Made by a program: the position numbers and the translations under genes
Notes under the pieces: generated by a model
Seen by the model: only the letters and a program-made list of their open reading frames with translations
Told to the model about the DNA's origin: nothing
Databases searched by the model: none
Origin: Bdellovibrionales bacterium
GTDB lineage: Bacteria > Bdellovibrionota > Bdellovibrionia > Bdellovibrionales > UBA1609
NCBI GenBank assembly: GCA_965203095.1
Contig: OZ241877.1
Span: forward strand, 576,001-640,000
Length of the DNA: 64,000 bases
Direction: 5' to 3'
Shown: positions 19,096 through 28,560 of the stretch, piece by piece
Layout of the letters: each line of letters begins with the position of its first letter
Numbering within the stretch: position 1 is the first letter of the stretch

Positions 19096-19149
19096 GATTT
19101 TATTGGAAAACTCCTGCCTTTTGGACTCTGTTTTGACCGGAAAATTCAA
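19096..19149 (+). repeat. Dispersed ~55-bp intergenic repeat (copy 1)
   Basis: GATTTTATTGGAAAACTCCTGCCTTTTGGACTCTGTTTTGACCGGAAAATTCAA; homologues at 29149, 39416 (reverse) and 52016 (reverse). Confidence 0.75.
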
Positions 19150-20159
19150 ATCTGATCAGGACAATCCCATTTTTGTCTCCAATAGAGAAAATACATCCAA
19201 CTTTTCAACAGGGCTGGAAGAGCCTTTTCCCTTTTTTTTAAAAAAGGCTTGAGCCGGTCTATCTCCTTATGGCCCTTTTTTATTATTTGTGAATTGACCT
19301 GATCAAAAGCCTGAATCCTATTTTTAAAATCCGGGAAAAGTTTGTGGACAGAGGCTAAAGTTCTCAGTTTTTTTAACTCCCTTTCCTGCCGAGGGTTGGC
19401 ATTTTTAAGTAAAAAACAAGCAAAAGAGTTAAAATAAGTTTGACGGAGATCGGAGAAACAATGTTTTTTGTCTTTATTCCGGACAGAAAAATCCATCAGA
19501 TCATCCGACCTTTGAAATAAAAGGCCCATCTGCCGGCCCAAATTTTCTAACAAAGGATATAACGAGAACCTGTCTCTCCTCTGGTAAATAAATGGGGCTT
19601 GCAAACACCATTTGAATAGGCTGGCGGTTTTCAGCTCACTCACTTTATCTCTCTTTTTTAAGTTTTTGTCACAAAAACCCAGCAGTTCCCTTTGAAGGAA
19701 CTCCCCTTCTGCTAACTGGCTAAGTGCCCTGGCCGTTTGTTTTATTAAAGTCAAATTTCCCTCCTGGGCCAAATAAATATTCACTTTAGCTAAAAGATAA
19801 TCCCCCGCCAGCACAGCTTGAGATGGGGAAAACTCCAACCAAGCGGTGGGGCTATTCCTCCGGGTTTTGGAATGATCGATAAAATCGTCATGCAATAAGG
19901 AGGAATTGTGTATATACTCTACAATCCGGGATAAAAATAAAACCTCTTTCGTGCTCAGTTGGAGGATATGGCCTATTTGTGAGCTTAACTGCGAGCGAAG
20001 CCCCTTACCATGGAAAAAAATTTTTTTGCAAATCCCTCTCAATTCAAGAGGTTGCTTTCTTAAATCCCTCTTATCTAACAGATAGAATAAACTCCCCATC
20101 AAAGCCACCTTTCTTGTTTGTGTGTAGGAGATTATCCTGCTTTTTTTTAAAAAAGTCAT
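19146..20159 (-). CDS. Polyprenyl diphosphate synthase (start may be ~20102)
   Basis: GKGLR, SLLHDDFID..TRR, VLAGDYL, KTASLF, FQRSDDLMD. Confidence 0.9.
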   Translation of the reverse strand: MTFLKKSRIISYTQTRKVALMGSLFYLLDKRDLRKQPLELRGICKKIFFHGKGLRSQLSSQIGHILQLSTKEVLFLSRIVEYIHNSSLLHDDFIDHSKTRRNSPTAWLEFSPSQAVLAGDYLLAKVNIYLAQEGNLTLIKQTARALSQLAEGEFLQRELLGFCDKNLKKRDKVSELKTASLFKWCLQAPFIYQRRDRFSLYPLLENLGRQMGLLFQRSDDLMDFSVRNKDKKHCFSDLRQTYFNSFACFLLKNANPRQERELKKLRTLASVHKLFPDFKNRIQAFDQVNSQIIKKGHKEIDRLKPFLKKREKALPALLKSWMYFLYWRQKWDCPDQI

Positions 20160-20264
20160 TGTTTTTTCTCAGCAATGTATTGGCCTCTATTTTTGGCCTT
20201 CTGCGTAATATCCTCAAACTTTCCATTCCATTATCTCAATCATCTGTGAGTTATAGCCAATAAA

Positions 20265-20483
20265 ACATCCTCCTATTTGCTTTTGCCCAAAGGCCACTCC
20301 ATGAGGGTCCAAGGTATGGCCGTCCCGAAATGGGGTAGCCTTTGGGCAAAAAAACTAAAGAATATTGCTTTTTAGCAAGGTTTGCAAAAGGACAAGCTTT
20401 TCTGGATTCCCGCTCTCAAAGGAATGACTGTGTTCGCGATAGCCAAGCTGAATAGAAAAATGACTTGCTTTTTCACGGGCGAC
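20265..20483 (+). mobile_element. Degenerate MITE (copy D) containing a nested REP-like palindrome at 20402-20428
   Basis: Core TGAGGGTCCAAGGTATGGCCGTCCCGAA inside a stem; right TIR TTTTTCACGGGCGAC followed by TAATTA; left TIR not recognisable. Confidence 0.7.
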
Positions 20484-20540
20484 TAATTAATATAGGTATA
20501 ATAACAGTATGGAGTTCTCAAATAAAGTGAGTAGGAAACT

Positions 20541-23090
20541 ATGGCTCTTCAAACCACCCCTTTAATGCATCAATACAAAAAAATCAAAAGCATGCATAAA
20601 GATAAAATTTTGTTTTTTCGCATGGGAGATTTTTTTGAAATGTTTGACCAGGATGCAGAAATAGTAGCACCCATTTTAAACATTGCCTTAACTTATCGCA
20701 ACAAAAAGGCCGGCCTAAAAACCAAAATGTGTGGTGTGCCTCACCATAGCATTTCTGCCCCTATATCCAAACTTTTATCTGAGGGCTTGCAAGTGGCTAT
20801 ATGCGATCAAATTGAACCCGCAACCCCAGGAAAATCTTTGGTTAAAAGAGCAGTGACTCGAGTGCTCAGTCCAGGGATGGTTTATGACTTAGACACTTTA
20901 GATCAGCTCATGGCCAATTACATGGGGGCTTTTGACAAAAATCATATCAGTTTTTTAGATCTGTCCACTGGTTCTGCTTTTTATTATGAACTCTCCAACA
21001 GTGCTGATTTTTTTAAGCTTTTAGAGCAATTTCAACCTCGTGAGCTGGTTGTCACATTAGCTCAAAAAGAAAAATGCTCTTCATGGCCTAAGCCTTCTTC
21101 TCCCGCTTTTAGCCTTTTTGACAGAGCTTGGCCGGAAGAGGCTTTTTTACCAGTGCCCTCTTTAAAAAGGTTCAGCCCCTTCCCCCAAAGTGCGAAAAGG
21201 CTGGTGCATTATGTTTATTGCACTCAAGGGGAAGAAAGCCTCAAACTCATAAACTCTTTTGACAAACTCAATTTAAACAAAAATATGTTTTACTCCCATC
21301 AACTTTACTCCCATTTAGAGGTTTTTAAAAATTATGAAGGCCATTCAAAAGACACATTATTTTCTGCTATTAACCGGACAAAAACTCCTTGTGGTGCTCG
21401 GCTGTTAAAAAAAAGGCTAAAATGCCCCTCGATAAATCAGGAGGAAATTGAGAAACACTATGATCAAATAGATTGGTGGATCTCCAACTCTCAACTTTTA
21501 GAGCCTGCTCGTAAAATTTTGACACAGATGGGGGATGGGGAGAGGAAGTTAGGCAAAATTGTCCAACCCAACTGTAACGGTAGAGATATTTTAAGCCTGT
21601 CTTTATGGTTGGACTTGGGCTTAGAGATGGGGGATCTTCTTAAAAATAAATTTTCTATAGAAAAGATAGAAAAAGCTCACAGCTTAAGGGATAAAATCAA
21701 ACATGTTGTCTCTTCCTCCTGCCCTCCTCTTTTAAAAGAAGGAGGGCTTATTAACAAGGGAGTCAACCCTCAGTTAGATGAATGGATGAATTTGGCTAAA
21801 AATGCACAGGCCAGCCTTTTAAAAATGGAACAAAGGGAGCAAAAAAAACTTCAAATTCCTTCTTTAAAAATTCGCTATAATAATGTGTTTGGCTATTATA
21901 TTGAGATCAGAAAAATCCATAACTCTAAAGTTCCTTCTCATTATATGAGGAAACAAACTTTAACTCAAGCCGAACGATACACCACAGCTGAGCTGAGCAG
22001 TTTAGAGGAAAAGATCCTCTCTGCCCGCTCCCGACAAATAGAAATGGAATACCAAATTTTTAAAGATTTAAGAGGGGAGGTTTTAGAGGCACTGCCTGAA
22101 CTTTTAGCCCTTTGTGAACAATGGAGTCAGATGGATGTGCACTCGGCTTTAGCTTTTTTGGCTATAGAGAACCGATACACTCGCCCTCGTTTTGCTCATC
22201 ATCTCAAATTGGTAAATAGCCGGCACCCTGTTTTAGAGCAAAAAACTTTTCATGAGTTTGTGCCCAATACCATCGAGCTGGATCGCCATCAGACTTTAAT
22301 TCTAACAGGGCCTAATATGGCGGGGAAAAGCACTTTAATGCGTCAAACGGCTTTAACTGTTTTACTTGCACAAAGTGGTTGTTTTGTGCCAGCAGATCAG
22401 GCAGAACTTCCGCTTTTTCATAAAATGTTCACTCGGATTGGTGCCAGCGATCTTTTATCGCAAGGGCTTTCTACCTTTATGGTGGAAATGAAGGAAACCG
22501 CAGAAATTTTGGAAAAAGCAGACGACAAAAGCCTCATCATCTTAGACGAAATAGGAAGAGGCACAGCCACTTTTGACGGGATGAGTCTGGCTCAATCCAT
22601 TTTAGAGTTTTTAACGGTAGAAAAAAAGCCTTTTCTGCTTTCTGCCACTCATTATCAAGAGCTGACACAAATGGCTCAGCAAAATAAAAACATTCATAAT
22701 GGATCTATGGCCATTCGTGAAGAGGCTGGGGATATTCACTTTCTTTATCTTTTACAAAAAAGTCCGGCGGGCAAGTCTTATGGGATTGCTACAGCTCGCC
22801 GGGCGGGCCTTCCTCCCGCAGTAGTGGAAAGGGCTTGCCAACTTTTAAACCATTATGAACAAAGCTCTTCTAAAACTGAAAAAGAATTTCCTAAAAGAAA
22901 AGCCAACAGCGACTATAGCACATTAATTAAAGAGATCTCAGAATACCCTTTAATGACTCAAAGCCCTATAGACGCAATGAATCAAATACAAAAATGGCAA
23001 AAAGCCATTCAGCAAAAAGTTAGAAAAAGCTTGAAAACAAAGACTCAGAGCCGTTTGCAACAAGATCTTTTCTTAAGCACCCTGAATTAA
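20541..23090 (+). CDS. mutS: DNA mismatch repair protein MutS
   Basis: TPLMHQY, FRMGDFFEMF, GPNMAGKST, STFMVEM, DEIGRGT, SYGI. Confidence 0.97.
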   Translation: MALQTTPLMHQYKKIKSMHKDKILFFRMGDFFEMFDQDAEIVAPILNIALTYRNKKAGLKTKMCGVPHHSISAPISKLLSEGLQVAICDQIEPATPGKSLVKRAVTRVLSPGMVYDLDTLDQLMANYMGAFDKNHISFLDLSTGSAFYYELSNSADFFKLLEQFQPRELVVTLAQKEKCSSWPKPSSPAFSLFDRAWPEEAFLPVPSLKRFSPFPQSAKRLVHYVYCTQGEESLKLINSFDKLNLNKNMFYSHQLYSHLEVFKNYEGHSKDTLFSAINRTKTPCGARLLKKRLKCPSINQEEIEKHYDQIDWWISNSQLLEPARKILTQMGDGERKLGKIVQPNCNGRDILSLSLWLDLGLEMGDLLKNKFSIEKIEKAHSLRDKIKHVVSSSCPPLLKEGGLINKGVNPQLDEWMNLAKNAQASLLKMEQREQKKLQIPSLKIRYNNVFGYYIEIRKIHNSKVPSHYMRKQTLTQAERYTTAELSSLEEKILSARSRQIEMEYQIFKDLRGEVLEALPELLALCEQWSQMDVHSALAFLAIENRYTRPRFAHHLKLVNSRHPVLEQKTFHEFVPNTIELDRHQTLILTGPNMAGKSTLMRQTALTVLLAQSGCFVPADQAELPLFHKMFTRIGASDLLSQGLSTFMVEMKETAEILEKADDKSLIILDEIGRGTATFDGMSLAQSILEFLTVEKKPFLLSATHYQELTQMAQQNKNIHNGSMAIREEAGDIHFLYLLQKSPAGKSYGIATARRAGLPPAVVERACQLLNHYEQSSSKTEKEFPKRKANSDYSTLIKEISEYPLMTQSPIDAMNQIQKWQKAIQQKVRKSLKTKTQSRLQQDLFLSTLN

Positions 23091-23180
23091 AGTCCAGTTT
23101 TTTTTAAAAATTATAGATTTTAGTCTTGATTATTTTATCGGACCTATTGCTTAATTAAAGCAGAAATCCAAGGAGGGATT

Positions 23181-23540
23181 ATGCAACCTTTTACTGCAAA
23201 CCAAAAAAAGTTTTTAGAAGATCACTTTCTCACAAAAAACCTTTCAAAATCAGAAGTGAATGTTGTCATTTTGGTTTTGCAGGGTCTTATAAACAGAGAG
23301 GTAGCCAATAGGCTCTGTGTGGCGGAAAAAACCATTAAGTTTCATCTTGGGAATGCCTACAAAAAACTGAATATTTCCAGAAGATCTCAGTTGATATGGA
23401 CATTGCCTTTAGCCAATTTTGTAGGGGTTACTGAAAAACCCGCTGTCCCCGCTTTTAGCCCTTCGTCACCTGAAGAGCCCAAAAGTGCTGAGGAAAGCAT
23501 TCCCTCTGGAATATCCACAGTAAATGATATGTTGAAATAA
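23181..23540 (+). CDS. LuxR-type HTH transcriptional regulator (no receiver domain)
   Basis: LSKSE..V..LVLQGLINREVA.RL.VAEKTIKFHL...YKKL; AAGGAG RBS. Confidence 0.85.
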   Translation: MQPFTANQKKFLEDHFLTKNLSKSEVNVVILVLQGLINREVANRLCVAEKTIKFHLGNAYKKLNISRRSQLIWTLPLANFVGVTEKPAVPAFSPSSPEEPKSAEESIPSGISTVNDMLK

Positions 23541-23542
23541 GT

Positions 23543-24424
23543 TTGCTACCTAAAACCGATTCCCTTTATTTAGGGATTCTCTTTTTATTTTTGTTTTGCT
23601 CTTGTGGAGAGTCTCCCTCTGATGCTCGCCCTTTTTTTATGGCCAGCCGATCGGCTGATTCTTTTAAATCTCACCATAAAGATCCGAACAGAAAAAAAAC
23701 TTTAGATCAATCTCCTAAAATTTATCCTGGAAAAAAATGCTCTTCTCGCCCCTCTTGTGAGGCAATATGTGAAGAGCTATTCAGCTTAACACCCGATCGG
23801 GAAGATTGCTTGCAACTCCCTATTCAGCAGGTGTCCCAGTTTGAGAAGTTGTCTCAACTGGTTCTTTCAGAAGAATTGGTGGAATTGCAAAAAATCAATT
23901 TTTTTGACTTAAAAGTTTTGTTGAGTTTGAGCCAAGAACCTCTATTTCGATTTTTTAATTCTTTAAGCCCCTTTCCCACAAAAAAAATCTTATATTGGAT
24001 TTTTAGTGATTGGCGGGTAGCTCAAGTGTTTAGAGAAGAGGATAAAGATTTCCTGTTTTTAGAGATTTTTTTAAAAAAGGTGCATTTTTCTCCGATAGAT
24101 TCTTTAGGAGAAGAGGCTGAAAAAGGCCGGACTTTTGTCGAGGTCGCTTGGTTAAAACAAAATGATCCTGCCCTTTTTTGGTTAAATGATTATTTTAAAA
24201 ATAAGGAGTGTGCTCATTTAGAAAAGGAAGAGAGGGAATTTTGTGTTTTTTCTCAATATTGCCTTTTGAGCCAAAAGTTTCAAGATGATGTGGCGGAGGA
24301 GTTTATGGAATTTAAAAATATAGAACCCATTTTAAATAGCATGCCCCATCTGCCACAGTCCAATTTAAAAAGCTTTTGTTTGGCTTTTTGCTCTAATGAA
24401 AAAGGCCAGAATTACTGTTCATAA
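23543..24424 (+). CDS. Cys-rich lipoprotein (paralogue 1 of 3)
   Basis: Lipobox FCSC; C-x5-C-x3-C motif shared with the two downstream genes. Confidence 0.7.
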   Translation: MLPKTDSLYLGILFLFLFCSCGESPSDARPFFMASRSADSFKSHHKDPNRKKTLDQSPKIYPGKKCSSRPSCEAICEELFSLTPDREDCLQLPIQQVSQFEKLSQLVLSEELVELQKINFFDLKVLLSLSQEPLFRFFNSLSPFPTKKILYWIFSDWRVAQVFREEDKDFLFLEIFLKKVHFSPIDSLGEEAEKGRTFVEVAWLKQNDPALFWLNDYFKNKECAHLEKEEREFCVFSQYCLLSQKFQDDVAEEFMEFKNIEPILNSMPHLPQSNLKSFCLAFCSNEKGQNYCS

Positions 24425-24544
24425 TTTTTTTTGAGTGATTTTTTTGTTATACTGTCTCTGTTGGGGTTTGAAAAATTGAAGATGAGGAGGTGATTGTTCC
24501 TGGGCCTTCCCCATTATGGAGGGGAGTTTGTGAAAAATCATAAT

Positions 24545-25597
24545 ATGAAATTTTTAAGCTATTTGTTTTTTTTATTTTTTTTGCTATCTTGCGGAAATAT
24601 GGCCGGCAAGGTAGGAGGCCAAAGAGATGCTCGAAAGGGGGACTCCCGTGGAGATTTTAATGATGAAGAGAGCCGTTCCCGCGAACTGAATCGTTTAAGA
24701 GGATCTGGCAAGCAAGTCATTGAGGCGGAATTGGAATCCCGATTTGATGGAGGATACCATTATGAGGGATATGGCGGAGAGGAATGCCGGAGAAGTGACG
24801 CCTGTATGGCTATTTGTGACGGTGGCTTAATTCCCAATAATACTCAAAAAAGATGTTATCGATCTCCTAAAAATCTGGTTGAAGATTTGGAAGAAGGTTT
24901 TTTTAATCTTCTTAATATTTCTGAAGTGGATTCTGTAAATATCAGCCCAGGGCTACTGGCAGGAATGTTAGATATGAATTTAAATATGGTGGCCGATCTT
25001 GTGGAAGATCGCATGAGTGAGGGGGACTTAAAAAGCTTTTTGGCTTGGGTGGCAGTTAATGAGAGTATAGCTTATGTTTTTTTAGAAGAAGACAAACGAT
25101 CTAAAATAATGGAAAAAGCTTTTAAAGAGTTAGGAGAACATCAGGAAGAGGCTAATAAAAAAAGAGAGACAGGTTTAAACTTGGGCTTAATACATAAAGA
25201 GGATAGCTTTTTTTATCTTTCTGCCGTGAAGGACAACGCTTACGGTTTTCAAATTGCTTACGAAGTTTTGGAATCGGCTTGCTCCTCAAAAAACTGCAAA
25301 ATTGATTTGTTATGTGCCAGAGAGACTTTAACAGGAAGACGATATCGAAATCTTGGTTATGGTGCTACAGAATTTACATGCAGAACATCTGCTGAGAGAA
25401 GAAGACGGAGTCGCCCTACAAGAGATTCTATTTGTTATATCCATGGAGCCGCTGTTTGGAGCTATTTGACTGAGCTGATTGATGAAAGAAAAATCCGCGA
25501 CAAGGACTTCAAAGGAGAAAACAACGCCATCACTGTTCAAACTTGCAACAATTATTGTGGCAGTAGAGACAGTGACAAATGTAAAAGAATATTTTAA
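24545..25597 (+). CDS. Cys-rich lipoprotein (paralogue 2 of 3)
   Basis: MKFLSYLFFLFFLLSC lipobox; C-x5-C-x3-C; LAWVA block. Confidence 0.7.
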   Translation: MKFLSYLFFLFFLLSCGNMAGKVGGQRDARKGDSRGDFNDEESRSRELNRLRGSGKQVIEAELESRFDGGYHYEGYGGEECRRSDACMAICDGGLIPNNTQKRCYRSPKNLVEDLEEGFFNLLNISEVDSVNISPGLLAGMLDMNLNMVADLVEDRMSEGDLKSFLAWVAVNESIAYVFLEEDKRSKIMEKAFKELGEHQEEANKKRETGLNLGLIHKEDSFFYLSAVKDNAYGFQIAYEVLESACSSKNCKIDLLCARETLTGRRYRNLGYGATEFTCRTSAERRRRSRPTRDSICYIHGAAVWSYLTELIDERKIRDKDFKGENNAITVQTCNNYCGSRDSDKCKRIF

Positions 25598-25608
25598 AGG
25601 AGGTCATT

Positions 25609-26457
25609 ATGAAACACATAATAAAAATTTTTTGGCTATCGGGTTTCCTTATTTTATCGTCTTGTATTTTTGGAGGGGACAACTCCAGCAGTGGCCTGAT
25701 CACTTTAGCTTCAGAAAGTGAGACAGAAGACAGCAATAGGAAAAATGAAAGAAGCCTGTCTGCCAGAAGGGGAAGGTGTGAAGATAATAGAGAATGTGTA
25801 AATATATGTGAGGATATTTACGAAGAGGATTACCCTGACGATGAGGACGAAGATGGAGAGGAGAGAGTAAACACCTGTATTGAATCAGGATATAATATAG
25901 TAGCTGATCATTTTGAGAGAATATATGAAATTTTAGACAGCCCATCTTCTTCTGGTTTGAGGAATATTGAAGTAAAAGCTTTTGATGAATTTTTAGAGAT
26001 CTCTGTTAAGCCTTGGATAGAGCTAATGAAAAAAGCCAGCAAAAGTGAAGCTAAGGCCGTTTTGGCTTGGATAGCTAAAGATACAAAAGTCAGCTCAGCC
26101 ATTGAGGATGCTTACAAAGACAGTTATGAAAATGTGGATAAATATGAAGGAGTGGCCGAATTATTTGCAGAGTTAGAAGGTGGCTCCGGAAATAATTGTT
26201 CTAAATTTTGCAGTCGTGTGAGTGGGGTAAATATTTTAGGAAAGTTTAGTTTTTGGGCATTATTAGAACCTCGGCAAGTGACTAATCAAATCACTACAAA
26301 AAACCCTCAAGCTTTAGATATTGTTTGTGAGCTTTTTAAAGAGGAGTGCACGACGCCTACTCAGAGAGACCCTGATAACGGTGAGGCGACTTGTGGAACC
26401 ACAGGTGGAGGAGACAACGAGATCTCTGATATATGTGAAATTTATTCAAGTAATTAA
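25609..26457 (+). CDS. Cys-rich lipoprotein (paralogue 3 of 3)
   Basis: AAGGAGG RBS; LSSC lipobox; C-x5-C-x3-C; LAWIA block. Confidence 0.72.
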   Translation: MKHIIKIFWLSGFLILSSCIFGGDNSSSGLITLASESETEDSNRKNERSLSARRGRCEDNRECVNICEDIYEEDYPDDEDEDGEERVNTCIESGYNIVADHFERIYEILDSPSSSGLRNIEVKAFDEFLEISVKPWIELMKKASKSEAKAVLAWIAKDTKVSSAIEDAYKDSYENVDKYEGVAELFAELEGGSGNNCSKFCSRVSGVNILGKFSFWALLEPRQVTNQITTKNPQALDIVCELFKEECTTPTQRDPDNGEATCGTTGGGDNEISDICEIYSSN

Positions 26458-26589
26458 TTGCCCGTGAAAAAGTCTACATTTAATGGATCGCATAAGCAAA
26501 AGTCCAGCTTGTTCGGGACGGGAATACCTTGGACCCTCACCGCTGGATTTTGCTTATGCAATAAAGGACAGAGGGTTTTCACAGAGGAC
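26457..26589 (-). mobile_element. MITE variant (copy C) with the same ends and core but a different stem
   Basis: Ends ATTGCCCGTGAAAA / TTTTCACAGAGGAC; the core reads TGAGGGTCCAAGGTATTCCCGTCCCGAA on the minus strand. Confidence 0.7.
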
Positions 26590-26705
26590 TATGCAGTGAA
26601 TGATTTTAATAAGCCGGCCATGAAAACCTGGATAAAAAGCCTATTCTTTAGTTTTTGTTCTAAAAGCCATTACAAAAAATAAAAACTTAAACAGGAGGGA
26701 TTAAA

Positions 26706-26891
26706 ATGAATTATTTTTATGGGCTGGGTTTTTTTATGTTTTTAGGCGGAATTTTGTTGGGAGGAATTTACTTTGTTCAATGGAAGTTTGGGCCATACAA
26801 TGACATGGCTATGTCTTTATTTTTCGCCGGTTATAATGTGTTTTTGGTATTGCTCTGCATTTCAATTTCAGTAATAGCTAATCGCCCGTAA
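26706..26891 (+). CDS. Small membrane protein with two TM helices
   Basis: AGGAGG RBS before ATG; two hydrophobic segments. Confidence 0.55.
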   Translation: MNYFYGLGFFMFLGGILLGGIYFVQWKFGPYNDMAMSLFFAGYNVFLVLLCISISVIANRP

Positions 26892-26951
26892 AAAGCCTTC
26901 AGTCTTTTTAAGCTCCTCTTCTTGCCCTTAACAAATTTTCGGCTTACCCCC

Positions 26952-27348
26952 ACCCTGTTTTTGGCAATGGGCCACAGTGCGACTGAGGGAATATATCGTC
27001 AAGGGCTTTCTTTTAGACGATGAAAGGCTTAAAAACCCCCACCAAGCCTTTGATTATTTTGAAGAGCTACTTCATCGCATTCAGGACATTAGAACTTCCG
27101 AACGGCGATTTTATCAAAAAATCACTGATATTTACGCCACCAGTGCCGATTATGACCCCACGGAAAAGATAAGACTTACTTTCTTCAAGACTGTTCAAAA
27201 CAAACTGCATTGGGCTATCACCGGCTGGACTGCGGCTGAAATTGTCCATCAGAGGGTCGACAGCAAAAAAGACAATATGGGCCTCACAAGTTGGCGGGGT
27301 GAAAAAGTCCGAAAGGCGGATGTGGGCATTGCAAAAAACTTTTTGTGA
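26952..27348 (+). pseudogene. rhuM fragment (central part)
   Basis: Near-identical to 33625-34015; lacks both N- and C-termini. Confidence 0.85.
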
Positions 27349-27417
27349 AAAATTTACAATAAGCACTTTATTTCATTTGACATAATGATTAAAGAATTTT
27401 AATAGTAGCTCAGGATT

Positions 27418-28401
27418 ATGAGGTTTTTAACTTTTTTTCTGACTTTGTTTTTTTCTTTCAAAGCCATTGGAACTATGCTCCATGAATCAACCACTATACC
27501 TCCTCTTTATGAGGCTGTCAAAAAATCAGATTATGACAACTATTCAAAAGAGATGGAGCGGTTGTTAAATGGCCCTGTAGAGGATTTTATAACAGCCCTT
27601 GCCTTTGTAAATGGAAAAGGCGATAGCATCCTTCATCTAATCATCGAGGCTCAAAAAAACCAAAAACAATTTGCTCAAGAATTGGCTTCCTTACTTCTTT
27701 TAATGACTGGTCAAAAATTTAGTCTTTACTTGGCCTCATTCCAACTGGGAGGCCGGTGGATAAACATTCCTAAGATGGAAGAAACAGCCCTTGGCCAGGC
27801 CATTTTGTTTAAAAAAAAGGAAGAGATAAAAAAGCTAGTTCATAACCTATTAAAAGGCCCTACCATAGATATCATTCGCAATTTTTACAGCTCATCATTC
27901 ATTATGAAGAAAAATAGAAAAACTGTGCTGGAATATATCAGTAAAAACTATTTGTCCCAATTAGATCCTCAACTTTACAAGGATCAATACAACAATCCCT
28001 CGGCCAAGGGATGGCCTGAACCCAAAACTTTAAAACTTTCTGGGCTCCTTCGGCTGGCCCAATCAGTGGATAATCTGCCGGCCTACTTTGCCTTGAAACA
28101 ATTAAAAAATGAACAAAAAAACTGGGAGAACCCCTTTTCTGTTCTAAGCCATTCACTCGTTTTTGTTTCTACATTTGTTATAGTAGGTCTGACAAAAGCA
28201 GGCACCAAAAAATTTACAGACTATAACTGGCCCACTGTTGTGGAACATTTTTTTCCATCTCTTGTTTCTTTTGATAGTTTATTTACAGAACATGCTATAC
28301 AAATCTTACTATCTTCCTCAGTTGCTACTGCCTTGAGTTTATGTCATAGTTCTTTTAAGAAAAAGAGAGGGCGAGAGAAAAGAACATTAGCGAACCAATA
28401 A
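27418..28401 (+). CDS. Exported/membrane hypothetical protein with degenerate ankyrin-like motifs
   Basis: Signal peptide; PPLYEAVK, GDSILHLII, TALGQAI; two C-terminal hydrophobic segments. Confidence 0.6.
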   Translation: MRFLTFFLTLFFSFKAIGTMLHESTTIPPLYEAVKKSDYDNYSKEMERLLNGPVEDFITALAFVNGKGDSILHLIIEAQKNQKQFAQELASLLLLMTGQKFSLYLASFQLGGRWINIPKMEETALGQAILFKKKEEIKKLVHNLLKGPTIDIIRNFYSSSFIMKKNRKTVLEYISKNYLSQLDPQLYKDQYNNPSAKGWPEPKTLKLSGLLRLAQSVDNLPAYFALKQLKNEQKNWENPFSVLSHSLVFVSTFVIVGLTKAGTKKFTDYNWPTVVEHFFPSLVSFDSLFTEHAIQILLSSSVATALSLCHSSFKKKRGREKRTLANQ

Positions 28402-28560
28402 ATAGCCCCTCCAAAAAAAGTTTGTTTTTTAAATCAGAAATCCATATCTGAAAAAATCTATTTTTAAAGATCACATAAGCAAAACTCCCGGCTTTTGTTT
28501 GGAACAGGAAAATTTGCCTAAAAATCCCTATTCCGGCAGATTTTTTAGAGTATTTTATAA

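Noticed and set aside
26458..26682. 74-aa ORF
   Set aside because: Mostly MITE copy C; TTG start, no recognisable protein features
26890..26960. att site (duplicated tRNA-Pro 3' end) or prophage boundary
   Set aside because: No copy of the tRNA 3' sequence was seen, and there are no integrase or phage structural genes
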